DNA from: Camelus ferus | Taxonomy: Eukaryota | Direction: 5' to 3' | Assembly: GCF_009834535.1 (NCBI RefSeq) | Contig: NC_045696.1 | Coordinates: 107,758,001-107,822,000 of the forward strand | Length of the DNA stretch: 64,000 nucleotides | Shown: one piece after another, positions 12,550 to 24,794 of the stretch | How the letters are laid out: each line of letters starts with the position of its first letter | Numbering within the stretch: the stretch's first letter is position 1 | The notes under the pieces: model-generated | Database searches by the model: none | Told to the model about the DNA's origin: nothing | Seen by the model: the letters and a program-made list of their open reading frames with translations, nothing else | Position numbers and translations under genes: made by a program

Positions 12550-14601
12550 GGACAGGTGTTCAGTCCAGGTCCTCCAAGAAGCTGACACCCAGGCAGGATT
12601 GAACATGTAAGAATGTATGAGGGTAAATGCCTGTGAGGGAAAATGGGGAGGGAGCCAGTGGGAGTCTGTGAGAGACTCTAGACTGTGAATATAAGGTAAA
12701 TCTGACCCTGAGTGAAGGAGGGAGGGAAGCACGGGAAGCCAGCTGGGTGGAAGCATCTTAAAGCAGGTGAGAGCAAGACCATCAGGGAGTCCTTGAACAA
12801 AGTCATCTGCCAAATGAGTCCTTCATCTCCCAGGAATGTTCCACTTCATGTTCTCTGCCACACTCAGTCACTGGCTGGAGCAGCCGGCAAGATGCGTGGC
12901 CTCAGAGCAAATCCAGCCATGGATTTCAGAGAGCAGTAGCTGGGGCCCTTGCAGTTGGAGATGTGAGAGGTCATCACAGTCCACCCAGTGCCCCACACAG
13001 ATCCATCTCTTCCCACAGGTTTGGGAAGCAGTTCCTTCTTATTCCTGTGGGACTTTCTTCCTGAGAGGAAGCAGTTCCTTCCTATTCCTGTGGGACTTTC
13101 TTCCTGAGAGGAGACTCAGAAGAGGGCATTTAGTGGCACAGACTATAGCCTCTGTTGCTGCAGCTGATCTCAGAGCCACAATTGGTACTCTCCCTCCCTC
13201 ATCATCCATTCTCAAATTCCCTCATCCTCACTGATCACCTTGATAGGTCTTGGTGACTTACCTGGTGATGTGACCCAAACTTTCATCCTGGAAGGATCTG
13301 AGCCATTGGGAATCATACCTTTCTCAGGCCAGATTTTGTCATCTGCCCATTCATGGCTGCAACAGAGAGTACCAGGAGGCACCCAAGTGGCTCACCTGGC
13401 TTTCACATGTGTTCTTCCTTGTCCTAGAATCAAGAGTTGTGAATCCAGGAAGTACAAAATTCCTCAGTGGGGCATTGGGCGGGATAGTAAGTGGGGGTCA
13501 CTTCTGCTTCTATCTCTTGGTTCCCAGACCTATATATTCTTCCTGTTGAGCACACAGCACCACATAGAGGTCTCTGATTTCATTCACACATTGTGTCTTG
13601 AAGGAGAGCAACCATCCACCCAAACTCTATACTGTACTTCCTGTCTCTATCCAGTATTTCAGTGCCCTTGGGAGGCCATTGCAGACCTGCCTTGGCTGAG
13701 CTTTCTAATGTCTCCAGAGCCCTGCTACCCTAACAATTATGTCTTCATCCTGCCACTCAGCTGTGTGTTCCCTTCCCCTGATAGAGATAAAGGTCTCTTT
13801 CTAAGCTATCCCAAAGGCCTATGGCTCTCTCACTTAACCAAAAATTGCTTGTTGTTAATGCCCTCAGTCTCCCACAATTTCTCTGCAGGCATCAATATAA
13901 CCTGGTAGTAACTATCCATTTTACTATTGTAAAATTGTTCCTTCCTGTGTTTGTCTAATGCCTGTATCATCACATCTGCCAGAGCATTCCTTTCCACTGG
14001 GCCACGTTCCCAGGTTAACAATAGTAAAACATTTAGCAGTTGAGCTACCACCTTTTGCCCCACCTGCAAACCAGGTTGGTATCCTCTTTGGATGGGCAGT
14101 AGATGAGCCAGTCCAACCTCCTTACTACCTGTTTTCTTGGGCCACTTCTGGTACCACTTGTGTAAGTCGAGGTCCCCGAGAAATGATGCAAGACAAGATT
14201 AACCATGCAAGAGCTGTATTAGAGGAAATGACTATTAGAGAAAAGGGGGAGGCAGATAAGGGAGACTAGGAGAGCCATCAGATTTCAATGCAAGTCTGAT
14301 CCTGAGTGAAAGAATGAAGGGAGGAAGATTAGATGGAAGCATCTCACATCCCAGCGCAGTTCTAAGGAAAGTTGGACAAGGGTTTTTGGTATTTCTCAAA
14401 ATCATCTGTCAGAAGAGTCTGGCATCTCCCAGGAACGGGCCTGCCTTAGTATCTCTGCCATGCTCAGTTATTGTCTGGGAGTAGCCTATAGGAAGCAGAG
14501 CCTTGGTGCAAACAGTGATTAATTTCAGAGGGCATAGTGCCCTCAGTCAATTGTATTTACTGCAATCAGAGATCTGAAAGGTACATTCTAATGGCCTCCA
14601 C
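12550..14601 (-). mobile_element. Internally deleted ERVL-class provirus: LTR16-like LTR (~14160-14601), ~1.2 kb internal region, second LTR (~12550-12980)
   Basis: Two homologous LTRs in the same orientation; tRNA-Leu PBS TGGTACCAGAAGTGG (minus, 14142-14156); PPT-like GGGTGGAC next to TG of the other LTR (~12978-12987). Confidence 0.72.
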
Positions 14602-16152
14602 AGCAGTCTCCATGGAGGAGATGGAATAAGGTCAGGACCTAGAAAATAGGTAGTAATTAGATAAGTAGTGATGGGCAGAATATACAGCCAACGATGTTGG
14701 TAAGCAGAGTGTACTATGTGTTCTAGATAAAATAAATAGGGCAACTTATCTGAAGGGCACCTTATTTAAGACTCATTGTAGCAATGTCATGGGGGAAAAT
14801 GATGGAAAGGTAGGTAAAGATAAAATTGTTGTGGGCCTTGAATACTGGTAGGAAATTCAGACTCTGTCCTGTAGGCACTGGAAAGCAACGGACATGTTAA
14901 ATCTACATTTTACCCACCTTCTCGGTAGCTTTGGATACTAATGATCTCCTTTTCTCCTTCCTCCTTCATGAAAAATTCTCTTGGCTTCTTTAATGTAACG
15001 TACTCCTAGTTTTCCTCCTATATCAGTGGCCACTCATTCTCAGTCTTCTTGGTGCAGTTTCTTATGACTTGAACGTTGGTGATTTGCCCAGAGGAAAATA
15101 TCAATGAGGAAGGGCAGAAGTCTAAGGGCAGAATTAATTAGTTTGTTAATCTATCTAAACAACTATTTCATGATGATGCCACTCTCAAACCTTAAATCCT
15201 TTAACGGCTTCTCAATGTCCATATGATAAAGACAAACATTCTTAACATTGTTTTTTAAGACCCTGCACAGCCTAGATCCTACCAATCTCTATGATTTCAT
15301 CTAGTCCCAACCCCCCAGTCTCTCTGCTCCAGGCAAACTGGTCTTCTGTCAACTCCTCAAAATCACCATGTTTCTCCTTCTGCAGGGTCTTTGCCTTCAC
15401 TGGGTAGAAGGTCATCTCTCCTTTTCAGTAGTTGACGTCTACTCATCCTCAAATTTTAGTTTGACACTTCCTTAGAGAAACCTTCCCTGACTTCTTTAAC
15501 TAAATCAAATCCTTCTGTTACATGTCTCTTATACCATCTCTTTTCATTTGTAATCATCAAACTTGTCATTTTATATTTATTTGTGTGAATGTTTGATTAA
15601 CGTCAGTTTTGTCAGTCTCTCCAACTGTACTGTAAAAGTACATGAAAGCAAGGACTGCGTCCATATTTTTATTTTTCTTCTATCCCTTAGGACAGTGACT
15701 GAAATATATTTAACATAGTACCTTACATAATGAATGCATGAATAAATAAAAAGTAGTAGTTCTTGAGCAGAGGAGGGTGGTGATATTTGTGCCAAATAGA
15801 GTCTTAGCTTAATAAGTCAATACTGAGTAAGATAAATTATAGGTCTGGGAGACTTACATTAGAGGGTCTGGCTAGAAGTCAACTGTAAGTCTGAGGTAAA
15901 GAAGGTACACTAGAGCAAAGGCTAAGATGCTGTATAAAAGGACCCCTAACTACAATGGCTAAAATAAAATAGCAGTTTATTTCCCTCCTATGGATGTCTC
16001 CAAAGTTTACCTGCAACAACATTCACTGGAGTGTTATTTAAGTAGTGAAAAATTAATGACCTCAATGTCCAACAATAGCAGGATACTTAAGTAGATCGTG
16101 GTATTACTATTCAATGGAATATCATCAGCTGTTAAAAAGTCATGTTGTAGAG

Positions 16153-16331
16153 CAGTGGCTCTCACACTTTTGTGTACATTAGAATTACCTGGAGGCCTGT
16201 TAAAACACAGCTTCCTGGGCTCACCTCCAGAGTTTCAGATTCAGTGAGTCTTGGGTAGTGTGCACGAATTTGCATCTACAAGTGCTTTGGTGATGCTGAT
16301 GCTGCCGGGGACCATAATCTGAGAACCACTG
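16153..16331. mobile_element. MER5A-like DNA transposon, near full length
   Basis: Terminal inverted repeats cagtggctctca / tgagaaccactg; similar 8-bp flanks ttgtagag / ctgtagaa. Confidence 0.8.
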
Positions 16332-16599
16332 CTGTAGAAGAAGATTTAACAAAATGGGTAAAATGCTTATGGCATATTGTCAAGTGAAAAAATATAGGTT
16401 CCAAAAACAGTTTCCAAAATAGAATTGCATTCAGGATTTCATTTTGGTAGAAAATGTATATGTATTTTTGTACACGTAGAGGTCTGTAAAGACATGCAAA
16501 TTGCTAACAGGCAGGTTTACAGGTGGCCTTTTTTGTTTGTGTTTGTAACTTGTTTACAGATGTATAACATCTGTAATAAGGCAGTTTGTTGTTGCTTTA

Positions 16600-16875
16600 A
16601 AATTTTTATTGTGAAAAGTATACATAACATTTACCATCTTAACCATTTTTAAGTGTACAGTTCAGTGGTATTAAATATATTCACATTGTTGTGCAACCAT
16701 CACCACCATCCATCTTTATAACTCTTTTTATCTTGGAAAACTAAAACTCTATACCCTTTAAATAGTAGCTCTCCATTATCCCCTCCCTCAGGCCACGGCA
16801 GCCACCATTATGTTTCCAGTCTTTATGAGTCTGACTATTCTAAGTACCTCAAAGAAGTGGAATCGTGTAATAGTT
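16600..16875 (-). mobile_element. LINE-1 3' UTR fragment (L1MB-like)
   Basis: tttaccatcttaaccatttttaagtgtacagttcagtggtattaaatatattcacattgttgtgcaaccatcacc signature. Confidence 0.8.
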
Positions 16876-18936
16876 GGAATAAGCTGGTTTGTTATTGTTT
16901 TTAAGAAAAAGAGTTGATAAGACTTGTTGGGGGAAGTGGTCAAAGTCAAACCTTGGTCAAACTCCAAGGTTATAAGCTTTAGAGAAAGAGATAGCCATGT
17001 CATAATGAAAGAAGAGAGAAGAGCAATGTGAGATCTGGATACTGGGGAAATGATGTGTTTGGTTTTGGATGTATGCACTTTAGGGTGACTACAGAACATC
17101 TAGGTGAAGATGGAAGCACGAAGCTAGAGATGTGAATCTGAGGCTCAGAAAAGGTGTCAAAGCAGAGATATTGATATAACCGTTATTCAGGAAGAAGGGA
17201 TAGCTTAATCCATTAGGGTGGTGAGTTGCCAGGGCAGCGGTTAGGAAATAAGAAGAGCTAACAACCATGGCCTGAATTCATTCATTCAAAAATAAGTGAA
17301 CTAATGTTTCAAGCCCTTAGACAACTTACAGTCTAATAAGCGAGAGATGTAGCTAGCTGATTTCAATTTAAGGGTATCTGAAATATCAGATTGAATTGGG
17401 GGAGATAATTCACAAATGAGAAAGAGAAAGAGAATACACAGAAATAGGAGAACTCAGTGTGAAATTGCAGAACAATGGAGAAAGAATGTTTTCAGAAGAT
17501 GTAACGAGTAATAACTTTTCAGAACAGTCAAGGAATATAAGAGTTAAGATACAGTAAAGTAAGCTGGTATTGTTGAATGGTATCTTTGTTCCACAGTTGG
17601 GGCTTAGGGCCCACAGCTGAGGATAATGAAGCAGAGGACCTCTCAATTGTTGCAGCCATCTTCCTCAGTACCAAGGCAACAAAACCAGTCCTGCTGCCAC
17701 CAGACACCACCTGAACCCTCTCTCTCTTCCCAGATGATAGGAAAAGAGGAAAGCAATGGAGAGTCAAGAGTCCAGCCGTGTGGTTGTATGTTTATGGTGA
17801 GAGGCTTTTTGTTTCCCTCTCAGGGAAGCCAGGCTTTTCCTCTGTTCGCACCACCAAGTGAGGATGAAGTAGGGGTATGCGGGAAAGGGAGGCTGATTTC
17901 CTGGTTGGTCGTATTCTTGAGTAGCAGACTTTCTGTGAGCAAAGGGAAAAGAACTGGAGAGAGATGTCAATGGGGGCAGGCTATGGAGTAGTCTGAACTC
18001 CCACCATTTTTCATAGCAAGAATGAGTTTTCCTTGTTAGATGGGCCCTGGGGACAATAGCTGGGATTGAACCATTTCGGCAATACCCCAGTTAAGGGAAC
18101 TATTAGCAGGCAAGGAGGTCCTAGAAGCAAAAGGCTGTGGGTTAGAGTGCTGGGGGTGTGAACCAAAGTGGCCCTGGAAGTGGCCAAGCCAGGATATTCA
18201 CCCATGTGAGGGCACATGTGAGTAGACACCCAGAAAGACACAAACACACACCTAAGAGAGACCTTGCACTTTGATGCCTGCCTCTGAAAACTTCAGTTGC
18301 CAGTTAATGTTAGCCAGAGAACCAGTGGCAACCATCAGGGCAATAATTGCAGTCCTTCCCAGTTGGGCAGACACTTGTCCAGATCCACCCCAATCATCTG
18401 CAGGGCCCAAGGCAAGAGTACAAATGGCAGCCCACATACCATATGTCTAAATATTTATGCTATAAATCAAACATACTTTAAATAAAATGTTTCATCCTCC
18501 TACTTTGACAAATATATTTTCAAAACAACATGGAGGGCTGGGTTAGAATTCAGAGGTTTTGAAGTCCTTGGACTTTCACACCAGAATGTAGAAGTGCAAG
18601 TAGAGTTGGTCTCCCAACTATGGCCCAGGCTCACCTCCCTGCTCTTCCTAGCCTGACTCTTTCTCATTCTTCAAGGATCCTGACATGCTCACCTCAACCC
18701 AAGTGTCCAATCTCTATTACCAACTGCTGTCCCTTGGCCACTTCTTAGACTCTTGGGCAACTCTCCTTGGCTCTGTGGACCCCTCTACCTGACAGCAGAG
18801 AGGCTCCTTCCAGTCAGGGTTTAAGTGCACTACTACACTATTTTTTCCTATCTGCACCCACACACCAGAGGAGCTAGATCTTGAAGAGAGAAGAGAGAGG
18901 AAGAAATGAGATTTTAAAACATTGTGAGATTACAGT

Positions 18937-19440
18937 TTGTGACAGAAACTGCTAGTTGCCATCCAAAGTCTATTCTCTCCTTATTCCTTCATAGTTGGAA
19001 CTTCCATTTTACTTGGCATGTCCACGTACCTACTAAAAGACTGTATTTCCAGACTCTCTTCCAACCGGGCATGGCAAAGTGACTAAGTTATGGCCAAAGG
19101 AATGTAAGAGATGTGTTATGTGGGCTGCTTAAAATTGGAGACTACTTAAAAGGCGCTGACTCAGCTGGGAGGGGGGCCCTTTTGTTTTCCCTTCCTCCTT
19201 TCTGTTGTCTGAAATGCTGAAGCTTCAGTAGCTGTCTTGAAGGTAGATGTATTTGGATGGCGGAGTATAAAGACAGAGCCTGAGTCCTTAATGACAGTAG
19301 AACGGCCGTGCCAACTGTGCATGGCCTGCCTCTGGACTTTTTTTTTTTTCTTAACATGAAAGAAGTAAATTTCCATTTTGTTTAAGCATTCTTATTTTAG
19401 GTTTTCTGTGGCTTCAGCCAAACTTACTCCTGATTCAAAG
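18937..19440. mobile_element. MaLR LTR (MLT1J-like)
   Basis: actgtatttccagactctctt...gtgactaagttatggcca...gagcctgagtccttaatgac...gccactg-like blocks. Confidence 0.6.
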
Positions 19441-20574
19441 TTTTAAACTACAATGGACTTTCTTAACCAGAAATTTACGGAATCTACTCAAGATGTAACA
19501 CAGGGACAAGAAAGGGCACCTTAACATAGCATTGTTGAAAGTAGTGACTGGACAATAAATAAGTCAAACAGTCGGGGCCCTCTGTGGTTTTGAAGAATAT
19601 AGCTTCAGTAGAATGGTGGAGGCAGAAGTGTGATTTCAAAGATGAAGAGATTAATGGTTAATGAAAAAATGTAAAATAAGGTTAAATTCTATCAAAAGCT
19701 TGACAGATTAAAGGAAGAGAGAGAAGATGTGGTTTTAAAAAGATAGTTTTTGAAGCATTGTCTAGCGATGCCATATACTAGATGGCATAGCTAGACAGGA
19801 CTGGGAAATATAGCAATGAGGGAAGGCAGCTGAAGAAGACTTGGGAAAACCAAGAGCAAAGTCCTGGAAGAAGCCAGAAGCAGAAGGGAAGAAAGAAAGA
19901 TGGGGAATTATGGAATATTGTGATTAAGGGAAGAAGGAGATCTTGATTTTCTTCTTAAAGTAGAGGTTAAGGTCCTCTGCTAAGAATTGGAAGGCAAAGT
20001 GAGATGGGAGTTCAAAGATGTGGGAATGTGGAAAAAGTCTGGAATAGCCCCATACCACTGCTAGGAAGGAGCTGGACCTTTCAAGTAAGACTTCAGGAGT
20101 AAAAGGAGCTACATTTTGTGATGCCTATTATGCTGGTTATTACATGAGGTGTTTACACATACTACCTCACTAAAAGTGAAAAAATCTTTCCAGTTTGCTG
20201 CCTGACTCTATAACTACACCTTCCCAGTCTTTTTTTTTTTTTTTTTTTTTTTTTCTGTAGAATCCTCTTCTCTGCTCTCAGTTTAAACATTGGTGGTCCT
20301 CAGGGTTTCATTCTTAGCCTTTTCCTCTTCTTATTTCCCCTGGGTTACCTCTATTTCTCCCATGATTCCTATTGCCACCTGTATGCCCCTGACTCCCAGA
20401 TCTATCCCTGCAACCTACATCCCTCCCCCATGTACCCGGAGCAATAGACTCATTCATCCAGCTGCTTGCTGGACATTTCATTCGGATATTCCACAACCCT
20501 GTTAAATCGTATACGTCCAAAACCTGCATTCATCATTTCCCTCCAAATCTATTTTTCCTGCTGAGTTCCCTATT

Positions 20575-20830
20575 GTGAATTTATAGAATAGTGTTAGGTG
20601 TAAAGGCTCTGGAACCAGACAGCCTGAATTTAATTCTCATCTCACATTAGCTGACCTTGAACAAATTACTAGACCTCTGTGCCTCAGTTTACTCATATGT
20701 GAAATGAGGATGATAAAAATAGTACTTACCTCATAGGATTGTTGAGGAGATTAATGAATTAATATACTTAAACAACTTAGATCAGTGTCTGGCACATGGT
20801 AAGACCATGTAAGTGTTCATTATTATCATT
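20575..20830 (+). mobile_element. MIR SINE
   Basis: Core ctctgtgcctcagtttactcatatgtgaaatgaggatgataa...gtgtctggcacatggtaag. Confidence 0.85.
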
Positions 20831-20927
20831 GCCAAAATAAGAGAACTTGGACATCACCTTCTACTGTCCCTCGTTCTCACATTCCAACACTCACTAAGTC
20901 CTCTTGATTCAATCTCCTAACATCTCG

Positions 20928-21116
20928 CTGTGTTTCAATAAAACTGTATTTATAGACACTAAAATTTGACTTTCATATGAATTTCATATGTCATAAAATA
21001 TTGTTATTATTTTAAAAAACAGTTGAATATGTAAAAATCAGTCTTATCTTGGGCACCATACAAAATTAGGTAAGGTACCAGATTTGGCTTTTGGACTGTA
21101 ATTTACTGACCCCTGC
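20928..21116. mobile_element. MER58-like DNA transposon fragment
   Basis: tgtgtttcaataaaactgtatttatagacac...gatttggc...tgacccctg end. Confidence 0.6.
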
Positions 21117-22055
21117 CCAAGACCATCTGTTGGTGAAATACTTCTTAATTGGTTTCTCAGCTTCTAATCTTGCACCCCGCCCCCCAGAATCTATTTTCAG
21201 TGATGTCCCATTACTTTTAGGATAACCTTTATAATGTCCAGAAGTTTCTTCATAATCTAGTCTCTGCTTATAAGTCAGCCTCATTTCTTATCATTTTTCC
21301 TCTTGTACCGTATATGCTTTAGCCCTACTGAACTATATGAAGTTTCACAAATAGGCAAGTTTCTTTCTCTATGCCCTACTACATGCTCTTCCTTCTGTTG
21401 AGAGATTCTTCCTGCCCTCCTCTGTTTCTCCTACTTGTCCTTCAGGTCACATTTTATACATCACTTCCTCCATATTTTCCTGAGCTTTGACATCTGGCTG
21501 GGTACCCCTTCTCATGTTTTTACAGCATCATATTAAAATACTTGTCGCAGTGCGTTGTAACTGTATATTCATTTCTGTCTTAGCTGGTAGACTGGAACTC
21601 CTCGAGACTGGCTTTTTCACCTATGTATTTATAGTGCCTGTGTTAGAAACACATATGATTAATATATGACTCCCCATGGTAACCCTTCAAGGAAAATATT
21701 TTTATTTCTGTTTTGCCGATGAGAAAACTAAGTCTCAGAGAGCTTGAATATTTTTCCCAAATCTACATAGTAAGTACAGAATAAAGACTTGTTTATATTA
21801 ATTCCACTATCCCATTGCTACCTCTCAAAGTTCAGGAATGACAAGAAGGACAATTTGGCTCACAAAGTCTAGTTTGTTCAACTTCAGGTTAAAAATCTTC
21901 ATTCCTATCCCCTTTGAGTTACAAAGACAGACTGGGGCTAAGAATTTTCTAGTTTTTTGAGAAATACATGACATACACCAATTATAATTGTGTAAGTTTA
22001 AAGTGTATAGCATGATGGTTTGATTTACATATATTGTGAAGTGATTACCACAATA

Positions 22056-22731
22056 TGGAGATTCCTTAAAAAACTAAAAATAAAGTTACCATATGATCCA
22101 GCAATTCCACTCCTGGGCATATATCTGGAGAAATCTCTAATTTAAAAAGATACATGCACCCTAGTGTTCATAGCAGCACTATTTACAGTAGCCAAGACAT
22201 GGTAGCAACCTAAAGGTCCATCAACAGATTATTGGATAAAGAAGTTGTAGTATATGTATAATGGAATACTACTCACCCATAAAAAGAATGAAATAATGCC
22301 ATTTGCCACAACCTGAATGCACCTAGAGATTATCATACTAAGTGAAGTAAGTCAGACAGAGAAAGACAAATATCATATCACTCAAATGTGGAATCTAAAA
22401 AAAATAGCACATATGCACTTATTTACAAAACAGAAACAGACTCACAGACATAGAAAATAAATTTACGGTTACAGCAGGGGGAAGGCAGCAGGGAGGGATG
22501 AATTAGGAGTCTGGGATTTGCAGATACTAACTGCTATGTATAAAATGAATAATAACAGATGAACAATAAGGACCTACTCTTTAGCACAGGTAACTATATT
22601 CATTACCTTGCAACAACCTATAGTGATAAAGGATACGAAAAAGAATATATATATGTATATATAACTGAATCAATATGCTATACACCAGAAATGAATACAA
22701 CATTATAAAATAAATATATTTCAATTAATAA
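22056..22731 (+). mobile_element. Younger LINE-1 3' end nested in antisense L1
   Basis: ccatatgatccagcaattccactcctgggcatatat...; same 3' UTR type as the 3417-4324 copy. Confidence 0.88.
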
Positions 22732-22937
22732 AAAGCATACAGCATGATGGTTTGATTTACATGTACTATTAAGTGATTACCCCAATAGATTCAGCTATCA
22801 TTCATCTTCTCATGATACAATAAAAAGAAAATACAGAAAAGAAAAAATGAAAACACTTTCTCTTTGTGATGAAAAACTTAGAATTTACTCTCTTAGCTTT
22901 CCTATTTATCATACATCAGTGTTAGCTACAGTCATCA

Positions 22938-23473
22938 TGTAATAGAAATAAACAAATCTGACTCCAAATTAGATCTGTTCCTTTGGCTTTAACCCTATGC
23001 TGTTTTCTAGGCTTAGTCTTGCTAGCTCTGCACCTGTTGTAAACGAATGTTGCCTATTGCCTGAAATATACAGGACAGCCTATTCTCAAGGCTCTGACCT
23101 TTAAGGATATTCATGCTTCTGCACTTATATAAAGATAACAAGTTGCAGAATAAAAAATATCGTTTGTTTTGTTAGAGGTTTTACAGGGGCACCATGACTT
23201 GCCCCACGTGGAGAGCTGCAGAAACAAAGGATTCCAGGAACAAAGAATTCCTACACCAAGAAGTTTGCAAGAACCAACCACACCCCTCCCCTTTTTTTGT
23301 ATAAAGGGAGCCTGAATTCTGATTTGAGTAAGATGGTTCTGCAGGAAATTAGTCTGCCATCTTCTCGGTCTGCCAGCTTTCCAAATAAAGTCACTATTCC
23401 TTGCCCCAACACCTCGTCTCCCTATTTATTGGCCTGTCATGTGGTGAGCAGAATGAGTTCGGACTTCGTAACA
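22938..23473 (+). mobile_element. Solo ERV1-type LTR nested in L1
   Basis: TGTAATAG...GTAACA termini; TATAAA ~23300; AATAAA ~23383; U5-like ttggcctgtc; near 4-bp TSD atca/ttca. Confidence 0.75.
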
Positions 23474-23765
23474 TTCATATTGTACATTACATCCCTAGAA
23501 GTTATTTATCTTATACCTGAGAGTTTGTACATTTTGACCACCCTTCTCTAATCCCCTTTCCCCTGCCCTCCCTCTCTGGTAAACACAAGTCTGATCTTTT
23601 TTTGTATGATTTTGTTATTTTTAGATTTCACATGTAAATGGGATCATACAGATTTGTCTTTCTCTGGCTAACTTATTTCACTTACCATAATGCCTTCAGG
23701 GTCCATCCATGTTGTTGAGAATGGTAGGATTTCCTTATTTTTTAATGGCTGAATGATATTCCATT

Positions 23766-23803
23766 GTGTATGTGTGGGTGTGTGTATGTATGTATATATG
23801 TGT

Positions 23804-23853
<50 letters not shown>

Positions 23854-23862
23854 ATATATATG
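23766..23862 (+). repeat. (TG)n/(TA)n compound microsatellite
   Basis: Directly visible. Confidence 0.95.
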
Positions 23863-24720
23863 CATGCCACAACTTCTTTATCCATAGATGGACACTTAGG
23901 TTGTTTCCGTATCTTGGCTATTGTAAGTAATGCTACAGTGAACATGGGGGTGCATTTATCTTTTTGAGTTAACGTTTTCATTTCCTTTGGATATATTCCC
24001 AGAAGTGGAATTACTGGATCATATGGTATTTCTATTTTTGATTTTTTGAGGATCCTCCATGCTGTTTTTCACAGTGGCTATACAAATTTAGAATCCCACC
24101 AACAGCACATCAGGGTTCCCCTTTTCCCACATCAATACTAGCATTTGCTGTATCTGTCTTTTTGATAATGGCCATTCTAATAGACGAGAAATGATATCTC
24201 TCTGTGGTTTTAATTTGCGTTTGCCTAATGACTAGTGATGTTGAGAATCTTTTCATGTACCTCTTGGCTTTTGTATATCTTCTTTGGAGAAATGTCTGTT
24301 TAGGACCTTTGCCCATTTTTAAATTGTATTATTAGGTTTTTTTTTTTTATTGAGTTGTATGAGTTCTTTTTATATTTTGGATATTAACCCCTTATCAGAT
24401 AAATGGTTTGCAAATATTTTTTTCCATTCCACAGTTTTTTTGTTGATGGTTTCTTTTTCTGTGCAGAGCTTTTTGGTTTGATGTAGCCCCACTTGTTTAG
24501 TTTTTATTTTGTTGCTTGTGCTTTGGATGTCATATCCAAAAAATCATTGCTAAGACCCATGTCAAGGAGCTTTAGTTCTATGTTTTTTTCCTAGGAGTTT
24601 AATGATTTCTGGTCTTAACATTTGTCTTTAATCCATTTTGAGTTAATTTCTGTCAGTGGTATAAGATATGGGTTCGGTTTCACTCTTTCACATGTGAATA
24701 TCCAGTTATCCCAGTACCAT

Positions 24721-24794
24721 TTATTTATTTATTTTTGAATGGGGGTACAGGGAATGAACCTAGGACCTGGTGCATGCTAAGCACGCACTCTACC
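24721..24794 (-). mobile_element. tRNA-derived SINE nested in L1
   Basis: gcatgctaagcacgcactctaccactgagttataccctcccc; flanks ccagtaccatttatt / ccagcatcatttatt. Confidence 0.82.

Noticed and set aside
13024..13112. CRISPR-like direct repeats
   Set aside because: Two adjacent copies with no spacer, in mammalian DNA with no cas genes
13240..13908. 222-aa plus-strand ORF
   Set aside because: Antisense to a decayed ERVL internal region; no recognisable protein
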